DNA of 48,062 nucleotides from an uncultured Candidatus Saccharibacteria bacterium (GTDB lineage Bacteria > Patescibacteriota > Minisyncoccia > Minisyncoccales > Staskawiczbacteraceae), in assembly GCA_964592355.1 (NCBI GenBank), contig CAZQBZ010000001.1, positions 1 to 48,062 of the forward strand, written 5' to 3'. Positions 1 through 7,227 of the stretch are shown here, piece by piece. The position numbers and the translations under genes are program-made. The notes beneath the pieces are model-generated. The model searched no databases and was not told where the DNA came from. It worked only from the letters and a program-made list of their open reading frames with translations. Position 1 is the stretch's first letter, and each line of letters begins with the position of its first letter.

Positions 1-146
1 AGGGAATCGTCTTCCGGGAAAATAAAAAAATAGTCGAAACGGAAAAAAGACAACCTTTGATTGTGAAAGGATAACCAAAACATTATGTTAGGCAGTAAAT
101 AAAATTAACAAAAAAAATTATCGAAGAGGAAAAAATAATTGAAAAC

Positions 147-410
147 ATGAGGAGGTGTCCTCAATTTTACAATTGCTCAATAAATTTCTGCCCTTTGGAT
201 TTAGAAGCAAATCTTAGAAAAGGAGAAGAAGAAAATCGCTGTCCATTTAGGATAAACAAAAAAACGAAAGATCAAAAAGGTATGAAAACCCTTGCCCCTA
301 CGTGCGTTTTAGAATTTGTACCTAAATCAAATCTAAAAATGCTTAATAAACGCAATAAAAAGCGTTGGGAGGAGGTTAATAATATTAAAAACAACAACAA
401 TGAAAATTAA
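147..410 (+). CDS. hypothetical small Cys-rich, Lys-rich protein (phage/mobile-element-like)
   Basis: 87-aa ORF with several Cys (CPQFYNCSINFCP...RCPF). It overlaps the next ORF by 11 nt, consistent with an operon. No family recognised. Confidence 0.35.
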   Translation: MRRCPQFYNCSINFCPLDLEANLRKGEEENRCPFRINKKTKDQKGMKTLAPTCVLEFVPKSNLKMLNKRNKKRWEEVNNIKNNNNEN

Positions 411-705
411 CGATGTAGAAATAACGGCAAAAATAAACTTTGCTGGGGAAAAGAAAAATCACCCAAACATATTGGCTACAGCATCAATAACCATAAAAGA
501 AGAAATGGGAGAACACTTAACTATTAGCGGATTTACGGTTTGGAAGAGTTTGCATCAAGGGTTTAATGTTGAGCCACCGCAAACAAATAAAAAGTTTAGG
601 TACTGTCAAGGAACGCTTTTGGGGAGAATTAAGCAAGAAATCGTAAGACAGTATGAATACGATTCAAGATACAGAGACATCCCGATTGTCGAAGATTCAA
701 TTTGA
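400..705 (+). CDS. SpoVG-like small DNA/RNA-binding protein (tentative)
   Basis: 101 aa. The N-terminus MKINDVEITAKI...ILATASITIKEE...ISGFTVWKS resembles the SpoVG pattern (M.vTDVri...aiASITlD..fvvhdi.V). Assignment is from memory only. Confidence 0.4.
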   Translation: MKINDVEITAKINFAGEKKNHPNILATASITIKEEMGEHLTISGFTVWKSLHQGFNVEPPQTNKKFRYCQGTLLGRIKQEIVRQYEYDSRYRDIPIVEDSI

Positions 706-1237
706 TATCTATAGATTATTCTATAATGCTGTAAAACACTACCATTATAGTAAATACTATTAGAGATACTATAGTCTATATTATCTTCTAAAAAGAAGTT
801 AAAACTAATAATGTTTATTTTTTGAAATAAAAAAGAAAAAAATAAGCTCTAAATTAGTTTAGTAGAAAAATATTGGAAAATATGGGATTTCACTGCTTAT
901 CAGCCAAAGAACAGCACCTGAAAAGCAGGTAATAACAGGTGCTAGCAAGTTAGTTTCAGTGCATCCAGCTAAAATGGGCAATAGCTGGCCTTAAATGGCT
1001 AAATTTGGGCAAAAATAGCGAGAAATAACGTATTTTCTGACATTATAGGGTTGAATTTTCCGACACTATAAAAAGCATGGAAAAACGTGGATTTATTTAC
1101 ACGATAAAAAGAATACGGAAAATTACGGATTTATTCGGGAAAATACCTAAAAAAACCTAATTGCGTATTGCTCCTAAAAACCAATATTTCCGGCACACAC
1201 GCTTTATTTTAGACGAGTTTGGTGTTATAATTAAAAC

Positions 1238-1353
1238 GTGACCCAATTTAATAAATCCCGTTTTTTAATGACATGTTGTTGCCTTTAAGGGGCATCTGCC
1301 AATAACGTGTCTTTCGGGATTACGAATTGGGTCACCGGATGCCCCTTTAAGTT
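1238..1353. repeat. interleaved inverted repeats immediately upstream of the recombinase start
   Basis: GTGACCCAATT..AAATCCCG (1238-1260) pairs with CGGGATT..AATTGGGTCAC (1315-1335). CTTTAAGGGGCATC (1283-1296) pairs with GATGCCCCTTTAAG (1338-1351). The two pairs are interleaved. Confidence 0.4.
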
Positions 1354-1362
1354 GCAAAAAAT

Positions 1363-2937
1363 ATGAAAACAGTTCTATTCGCCAGAGTTTCTTCGAGAGA
1401 ACAGGAGGAAACTGGCTACTCCTTGCCCTCCCAAGAAAAACTTCTCAAGGAATATGCCGAGAAAAAAGATTTTAAAATTGGTAAAAAGTTTTCAATTTCA
1501 GAATCGGCATCCGGCCGCTATCAAAGAAAATGTTTCGACGAAATGTTAGATTATGTCAAAAATAACGACATAAAAGTTATAATCTGCGAGAAAGTTGACC
1601 GTCTTACGAGAAATTTAAAAGACGCTGTTTTTATTAACGAGTGGTTGAATAACGATTCGGAGCGACAAGTACATTTTGTAAAAGAAAACTGCATCTTAAG
1701 TAGAGATTCTAAATCTAACGACAAATTTATTTGGAATATCAAAGTTTCAACTGCTCAATACTACATAGATAATCTTTCAGAAGAGGTTAAAAAGGGACAA
1801 AAAGAAAAATTGGCTCAAGGTTGGTTTCCTCAAAAATCTCCTCTTGGTTACAAAACAATGGGAGAAAAAGGCCACAAAATACATGTTGTCGACGAAGATA
1901 AATCTTTTTTAGTTAAAAAAATGTTCGAGTTGTATTCTAGCGGGAATTATTCTCTTAAAAAATTAGTTGAGAAAATGTTTGAGGAGGGATTGAGAACTAA
2001 TGGCGGAAATAAATTATGCAAAAGTAGACTAGCGACCTTGCTATCAGACCCTTTTTATATGGGAAAGATAAGGTGGAATGACGCAGTTTACAGTGGAAAA
2101 CACGAGGCGTTAGTTTCAGAAGAGATGTTCGAATTGGTACAAAGAACGTTAAAAGGCAAAAAGACTCCAAGATACACAAAACACTTATACCTTTTTAAAG
2201 GTTTTTTAAGGTGTAATGAATGCGGAGGACTCATAACATGGGAAAAGCATAAAGGAATCGTCTACGGGCATTGTAATCACTATAGGAGCTGTTCTCAAAC
2301 GACATGGATAAAAGAGCCAGAGGCGGAGAAACAAATCTCGCACTTGTTTGGGAATTTGCAGATAAAAAATCAAAAATTAATGGAGTGGATTAAGCAAGCT
2401 CTGAAAGAAAGCCATCAAGACGAAATTCAATATCATTCTTCTGCTTTGAAGGAATTAAATTTAAGACTAGGACAAATTCAAAAGCGCATAGATAATCTTT
2501 ACGACGACAAAGTTGACGAAAAAATTACAAAAGAATTTTATGAGTCAAAGTTTAAAAAGTATTCAGAAGAAAAAGAAACTGTTTTATCGTCAATTAAAAA
2601 ACATTCTGAGTCTAGTGATAAATATCACGAGATTGGTTTGAATATCTACGAACTCTCCCAAAAAGCACCGGAATTGTATCAAAGGGCGAGTATAGAGGAA
2701 AAACAGCAATTAATGAGATTAGTTTTTGAAAATCTATCCCTTATGGGAGAAAAAATAAATTATTCTTATGCTAAACCTTTTGATTTACTGGTCGAAGCCG
2801 TAAAAGCTACAAATAGTTCTAAAGTGCTTAATTCTAAAGAATTGCCAGCCAATATTTTCGAACCTTCAGATTTTCGAATAAAAACAAACAAAAACAGGGC
2901 TTTTGACCCTGAAATTGCTTCTCTGCTCCGGTGGTAG
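1363..2937 (+). CDS. large serine recombinase (resolvase/invertase N-domain + recombinase domain + zinc ribbon + coiled coil)
   Basis: N-terminus MKTVLFARVSSREQ..GYSLPSQ carries the catalytic Ser motif. Also present: VIICEKVDRLTRN, a Cys cluster CNECGG...GHCNHY..C and a long C-terminal coiled coil. 524 aa. Confidence 0.9.
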   Translation: MKTVLFARVSSREQEETGYSLPSQEKLLKEYAEKKDFKIGKKFSISESASGRYQRKCFDEMLDYVKNNDIKVIICEKVDRLTRNLKDAVFINEWLNNDSERQVHFVKENCILSRDSKSNDKFIWNIKVSTAQYYIDNLSEEVKKGQKEKLAQGWFPQKSPLGYKTMGEKGHKIHVVDEDKSFLVKKMFELYSSGNYSLKKLVEKMFEEGLRTNGGNKLCKSRLATLLSDPFYMGKIRWNDAVYSGKHEALVSEEMFELVQRTLKGKKTPRYTKHLYLFKGFLRCNECGGLITWEKHKGIVYGHCNHYRSCSQTTWIKEPEAEKQISHLFGNLQIKNQKLMEWIKQALKESHQDEIQYHSSALKELNLRLGQIQKRIDNLYDDKVDEKITKEFYESKFKKYSEEKETVLSSIKKHSESSDKYHEIGLNIYELSQKAPELYQRASIEEKQQLMRLVFENLSLMGEKINYSYAKPFDLLVEAVKATNSSKVLNSKELPANIFEPSDFRIKTNKNRAFDPEIASLLRW

Positions 2938-3191
2938 GATTCGAACCTACGACCCACTCCTTACACATTATCCTAAAATTGCTTCTAGGGGTGGACTATA
3001 TCATTGCCATATTCTTTCGAACTTAGGCACCTCGGTATCTAGTCTCTACGGCGCTCCTCCGCAATGCGGAGGTTCCCACGGTATTGCCCACGAGGGGTTT
3101 CACCGTTATCCCGAGATTATTCATCCCAAAATTTCTTTCGGGAGCTGCAAATTGTTTACAGGGAGTCGCTCTACCGCTGAGCTACACCGGA
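2926..3191 (-). tRNA. tRNA-Asn(GUU) gene interrupted by a 194-nt group I intron in the anticodon loop (exons 3191-3158 and 2963-2926)
   Basis: Minus-strand 5' exon: TCCGGTG TA GCTC AGCGGTA GAGC G ACTCC CTGT. Minus-strand 3' exon: TAA GGAGT GGGTC GTAGG TTCGAAT CCTAC CACCGGA G. All four stems pair perfectly. U1-A72 plus discriminator G73 and the joined loop CUGUUAA fit tRNA-Asn. No CCA is encoded. Confidence 0.8.
2964..3157 (-). ncRNA. group I intron (IC3-like, tRNA-anticodon-loop type), no internal ORF
   Basis: The RNA contains CCGUAGAGACUAGAUACCGAGGUGCCUAAGUUCGAAAGAAUAUGG. This closely resembles the conserved P7/P3/P8 core (GUAGAGACUAGA...CCUAAG...UAUGG) of the Azoarcus and cyanobacterial tRNA introns as I recall them. 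P1 can form as exon CUGU paired with intron GCAG, with a U.G wobble at the splice site. The intron ends in G (2964). Confidence 0.7.
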
Positions 3192-3283
3192 ATATATTTT
3201 TATGTTTTCATAATACCCAACTTTTATTTTTTTTTCAAGTGCCGTCATTTTTATTTTGTGATAAGATATGTTTAAGAAATAAA

Positions 3284-3625
3284 ATGTTTAAAAGGTTCAC
3301 AGTTAAAAAACGCGAGCAGGCAAGGAGTTTTGTGCTTGAAAGGCTGGCTTACTTTAATCAATTCTATGGTTTTAAAATAAATCGGGTTGCTATAAAAAAT
3401 ACTTATAGAAGGTGGGGGAGTTGCTCTTCAAAAGGGAATCTTAATTTTAATTACAAGATAATTTATTTAAAACCGGAATTGGCCGATTATCTAATTGTGC
3501 ACGAACTTTGCCATTTGGGAGAATTTAATCATTCGCCTAAATTTCATGCCTTGGTGGCAAGAACAATTCCGAATTATGTTATTATAAATAAAGAATTGAG
3601 AAAAACTTCGATAAAATTTATCTAA
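3284..3625 (+). CDS. DUF45/YgjP-like (M48 family) zinc metallohydrolase, short form
   Basis: HELCHLGEFNHSPKFHALVARTIPNY matches the HExxH...H.p.F signature of the YgjP/DUF45 family. The first ATG clear of the tRNA is at 3284. The ORF-track start at 2903 runs through the tRNA and is spurious. Confidence 0.7.
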   Translation: MFKRFTVKKREQARSFVLERLAYFNQFYGFKINRVAIKNTYRRWGSCSSKGNLNFNYKIIYLKPELADYLIVHELCHLGEFNHSPKFHALVARTIPNYVIINKELRKTSIKFI

Positions 3626-3654
3626 AATTTTTTAAATAAGAGGAGTCAATTTAA

Positions 3655-4401
3655 ATGCAATGCAAACTTTGTTTAGAGGATAGGGAATTATGTAAAAATT
3701 CGCACATAATCCCGAAGTTTATGTATAAGGAAATTTTTGATGAAAAACATACCTTAGTTAAAAGTAATGTTTTGGATTTTGATAAATTAGTTCAAGATGG
3801 CGAGAAAGAAGGAAATCTGCTATGTAAAAAATGCGATAATGAACTCATTGGTTCTTTTGAAAAATACGCGTCAGAAGTTTTATATGGGGGCAATATTCAG
3901 ACAAAGCAACTGTATTATAAAAAATCAGATGAATCAGATGAAGTTGAATATACTCGGGTAGAAGGATTAGATTATAGAAAATTTAAACTATTTCTTTTGT
4001 CTATATTATGGAGGGCTAGTATCTCAAGTAAAGATTTTTTTTCTTCAGTTTCACTCGGCAGATATGAAGAGAAATTAAGGCAAATGATTTTTACTCAAAA
4101 TGCTGGCGAAGAAGGGGATTTTCCTTGTGTTTTGATATCTTATAGAAAAAGAAATTTTCCTAAAATAATAAGGTCGCCCATCAAAAAAAGGACGCAAGAT
4201 AATAAAATAACATATGATTTTTTGATAAGCGCCCTATCTTACAGATTTAAGGTTTCAGAAAATGATTCCTCGGAGTACAAAAAATTAGCAATAAAGAGAA
4301 ATGGTGAATTATACGTATATCATCCATCAGAAGATTTGGCAAAAGAAAGATTGGAAAAAATGCTCGGAATAATCATTCCGGTCGGTATGAAATTTAATTA
4401 A
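3655..4401 (+). CDS. hypothetical Cys-rich protein (CxxC...SHIIPKF...CxxC), unknown family
   Basis: 248-aa ORF preceded by AGGAG (3642-3646). It has two CxxC pairs (CKLC, CKKC) and an LLSILWRAS motif. No confident family assignment. Confidence 0.6.
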   Translation: MQCKLCLEDRELCKNSHIIPKFMYKEIFDEKHTLVKSNVLDFDKLVQDGEKEGNLLCKKCDNELIGSFEKYASEVLYGGNIQTKQLYYKKSDESDEVEYTRVEGLDYRKFKLFLLSILWRASISSKDFFSSVSLGRYEEKLRQMIFTQNAGEEGDFPCVLISYRKRNFPKIIRSPIKKRTQDNKITYDFLISALSYRFKVSENDSSEYKKLAIKRNGELYVYHPSEDLAKERLEKMLGIIIPVGMKFN

Positions 4402-4429
4402 ATTTATAGTTTTGTGGTAAAATAAATCA

Positions 4430-4981
4430 ATGGAATTGGTAGGCATATCTGCTAGTCAAATTTTTTGGTCACTTTGGCCTCTATGGGCTGTTTTATTAGC
4501 AGTTCCTATATTTGAATTAATTACTCTTTGGATTCGCATAATTTTAAAAAAAAGGCGCATTCGTAGAAAATTTATAAAAGGTGGAGAATGGAGGTCGGAT
4601 AATGAGCTTTTACATTGGCTTCGTGAAATGAAGCCTTGGGAATTTGAAGAATATATTGCTTATTTATTCACGCAACTGGGTTACAAAGCTAAAGCAGTTG
4701 GCAAATCACATGATGGAGGCATTGATGTTGTCATTGAAAAAGATGGCGTTGAAAGCTATATCCAATGTAAAAAATTTATAACTTCTAGTGTGACTGTCAG
4801 CCAAGTCCGCGATTTTTAAGGTTCATTGGTTGATCATCTTGCCAAGGGAAAAGCATATTTTATTACTACTAATAAATTTACCTTAGAGGCGGAAAAATTC
4901 GTCGAAGATAAGCCGATTGAACTTGTGGACGGATTTAAATTGATTGAATACATCAAACTTAGCAAAAAACAGGCAAGATAA
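4430..4981 (+). pseudogene. membrane-anchored Mrr-type (Mrr_cat) restriction endonuclease interrupted by an in-frame TAA at 4817-4819
   Basis: An N-terminal TM segment is followed by WEFEEYIAYLFTQLGY...HDGGIDVVIEKDG..YIQCKK, the D...(D/E)xK nuclease core. After VRDF-TAA the same frame continues as GSLVDHLAKGKAYFITTNKFTLEAEKFVEDKPIELVDGFKLIEYI up to a TAA at 4979-4981. This is the expected rest of the domain. Confidence 0.75.
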
Positions 4982-5100
4982 TTAACCGGCCTGTTTTTAA
5001 TTGGCATAAAATAGATAGCTTATCCGGGTTAGGTCCATTGCAGAGAAGGGAAATATAATATAAGATAACGCATCTCGTTCTTTGATTTGAAAGGAGAATT

Positions 5101-5802
5101 GTGGTGCCGAAAAAAACCAAAAAGACCGATAAGAAGGTAAAAGCTCTGGTGGAAATTTATCTTAGCAGTATTGGCGAGGTGCCTCTGCTTAGCCTTGCCC
5201 AAGAAATCTGGCTGTCAAAGAGAATCGAGCTGGGCAGCAGTTGGGCCCGGCAATACCTTACCAAGGCAAACTTGCGGCTGGTGGTGTCGCGCGCAAAGCT
5301 TTATGTAAAGCGCTCGTTGAACCTCACCCTGTTGGGCCTGATACAAGAAGGCAACATCGGCTTAATGGGCGCTGTGGAAAAATACGACTGGCGGTACAAT
5401 TGCCGGTTTTCCACTTATGCTGTGCCTCGCATCGACAGGGCAATTGAGCGCGCATTGTTTTACGACAATCGCGGCAGTGTTGCCCATTTTTCAATGGACG
5501 AACCCATTGGCCAAGAGGGTGATGAAAGCATGCACGGCCTCGTGGGCGACCAAAAGGCGGTTTGCCCAAGCGCCAAAGCCAATCAAGTGTCTCTGCAAAA
5601 CATTTTTGATGAAGTTTTGCAGGAGCTTAAAGAAAAAGAGCAACAGGTAATCAGCCTTAGCTTCGGGCTTGGCAACGGAGTTGCTTACACAGACAAGGAA
5701 ATTGCCAGGATTCTTGGCACAACCAAGGAAAGGGTGCGCCAGATCAAGGCAAAGGCGCTTAGACGCCTGAAAAACCACGAACGCATTGCCGGACTCAAAT
5801 AG
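5101..5802 (+). CDS. sigma-70 family RNA polymerase sigma factor, divergent short paralog of RpoD
   Basis: [52 protein letters not shown] covers region 2. TDKEIARILGTTKERVRQIKAKALRRLK is the region 4 HTH. GTG start with AGGAG at 5092-5096. Visibly GC-richer than its neighbours. Confidence 0.85.
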   Translation: MVPKKTKKTDKKVKALVEIYLSSIGEVPLLSLAQEIWLSKRIELGSSWARQYLTKANLRLVVSRAKLYVKRSLNLTLLGLIQEGNIGLMGAVEKYDWRYNCRFSTYAVPRIDRAIERALFYDNRGSVAHFSMDEPIGQEGDESMHGLVGDQKAVCPSAKANQVSLQNIFDEVLQELKEKEQQVISLSFGLGNGVAYTDKEIARILGTTKERVRQIKAKALRRLKNHERIAGLK

Positions 5803-5814
5803 TTTGGCTATAGT

Positions 5815-5847
5815 CCCGCGAGTCGCCAAGGCGACCGCGGGTTTTTT
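5815..5847 (+). terminator. rho-independent terminator after the sigma gene
   Basis: CCCGCGAGTCGCC-AAG-GCGACCGCGGG followed by TTTTTT. Confidence 0.7.
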
Positions 5848-5931
5848 GATTGACATTTTACGCAATGCGTGGTAGGGTTTTATTAGAACCTTGGACAATT
5901 CCACACTTTCCACTATCATGGAGAACTAATC

Positions 5932-6615
5932 GTGAAAAGGATTATTGGCAGAGCGGTATTCATTCGCCACGGGGAAACCAAGTATACAAATGAGTTTCCC
6001 GATCTCACTGATGCAGGCAAGGAGACCATCAAACGCGCCGCTGTTGAGATTCGCAAAATCCACAACTTGCGCCCCGATCCCTTGCGCATCATGTCGTCGC
6101 CTGCCCCCAGAGCGTTGGGTACGGCGGCTATCATCTCGCAAATCATGGGCTATGACCAAAGAGTGATCAGAACTTCTTTGCTGTCACCGGCCGACGTGAG
6201 AGACGCAAGGCGCGGCGCTGAAATTTTCAACGAGCACGTTGGCAATGGCGGATTCCGCCAGTTGTCGGCCTGCTATGGATCTGATCAGCGCTACGAGGAT
6301 CCCGCCATCTTTGAACCGCGAACTCAGGTTGTCTCCAGATTTTACGATCATCTGGGTCAACTCGTTCGCAACTTGATGGCAGGCACCCGTCCGCTGTTTG
6401 TGGTGTGCGTGTCGCACTACGAGGTTTTGTACCACTTGGTGGAGACCTCGCTCAGCCTGGACTACGCCAAAGACCACCCGCTCACCTTTGGAGAAATGGC
6501 TTTGCTGTCGTTTTACGACATAGGCCCAGGCTCGACGGTGGAGGTGTGCCTGACTTTCCGCGACAGAAGCCGAAACATGGTTTTCGACTACAAGAAGAAT
6601 CTTGTTGCGCAATAG
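5932..6615 (+). CDS. histidine phosphatase family protein (phosphoglycerate mutase-like)
   Basis: N-terminal RHGET catalytic motif (AVFIRHGETKY) and a later VSHYEVL (His). GTG start with GGAGA 7 nt upstream. GC-rich. Confidence 0.8.
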   Translation: MKRIIGRAVFIRHGETKYTNEFPDLTDAGKETIKRAAVEIRKIHNLRPDPLRIMSSPAPRALGTAAIISQIMGYDQRVIRTSLLSPADVRDARRGAEIFNEHVGNGGFRQLSACYGSDQRYEDPAIFEPRTQVVSRFYDHLGQLVRNLMAGTRPLFVVCVSHYEVLYHLVETSLSLDYAKDHPLTFGEMALLSFYDIGPGSTVEVCLTFRDRSRNMVFDYKKNLVAQ

Positions 6616-6735
6616 CAATTTGCACGGCGCTTTTCTTATTGCGCGAAGACCCTTAACTCGCTCCCAAACTTTTGAACAAAGCAGGGAGCTTTTTGTTTAT
6701 TGCGAAGATTTTTCATTTTGTGGTAAAATATAGAT

Positions 6736-7227
6736 ATGAAAAGGGGGATGAAAATATTTATTGCAATCGCAGTTTTATTTTTGGCTCTTGCTTTTGTTCT
6801 TGGCGCATATCTTTATCAAAAATCAATGGCAGATAAAACTGCCAAAGCAACCGAGGAGTCAGCTGTTAAAAACCTGGTTGAAAGTTTTGGGCAAAAGTTA
6901 AAAAATGTTTACTTGCTTTCAATGACGGCATCCGATGACATTGAGCAGAATTATAAAGATTTTGTTTCTGACGACCTTATAAATCGCTGGAAAACAGAGC
7001 CTTTTTCAGCGCCGGGCAGGGAGACTTCCAGCCCTTGGCCTGACAGCATTGTTGTTGAAGAAATCCGCCAGCAAAATCAAAACGCCTACGAAGTTTCTGG
7101 GAAAATAATAAACATGACAAGCTCGGGCGCGGCCTCCAGCCGAAGCTTTCAAGCCACGGTCTTGCGAATCGGCAAAAACAGGACTTGGCTTATATCAAAT
7201 TTTATTTTAGGGGCCTACTTAAATTGA
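6736..7227 (+). CDS. hypothetical membrane-anchored/secreted protein
   Basis: 163 aa with an N-terminal hydrophobic segment IFIAIAVLFLALAFVLGAYL. Its stop overlaps the next start (TGATG). Confidence 0.55.
   Translation: MKRGMKIFIAIAVLFLALAFVLGAYLYQKSMADKTAKATEESAVKNLVESFGQKLKNVYLLSMTASDDIEQNYKDFVSDDLINRWKTEPFSAPGRETSSPWPDSIVVEEIRQQNQNAYEVSGKIINMTSSGAASSRSFQATVLRIGKNRTWLISNFILGAYLN

Noticed and set aside
2903-3283. N-terminal 127 codons of the 240-aa track ORF 2903-3625
   Set aside because: This part runs antisense across the tRNA-Asn exons and the group I intron and has no protein-like features. The recognisable DUF45 domain begins at the internal ATG at 3284.
4817-4819. TAA in the Mrr gene as evidence for stop-codon reassignment
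   Set aside because: TAA is used as a genuine terminator by many well-conserved genes in this window (for example atpA, atpE and rpoD). No other conserved gene shows in-frame stops. A nonsense mutation or sequencing error is far more likely.
5241-6656. Many overlapping 60-145-aa ORFs on both strands (for example 5491-5919 -, 6184-6618 -, 5945-6166 +)
   Set aside because: Long open frames are expected by chance in GC-rich DNA with few stop codons. They overlap well-supported sigma and histidine phosphatase genes and have no recognisable motifs. The same applies to 46303-46914 (-), 46568-46939 (-), 22770-23018 (+) and 22972-23208 (-).
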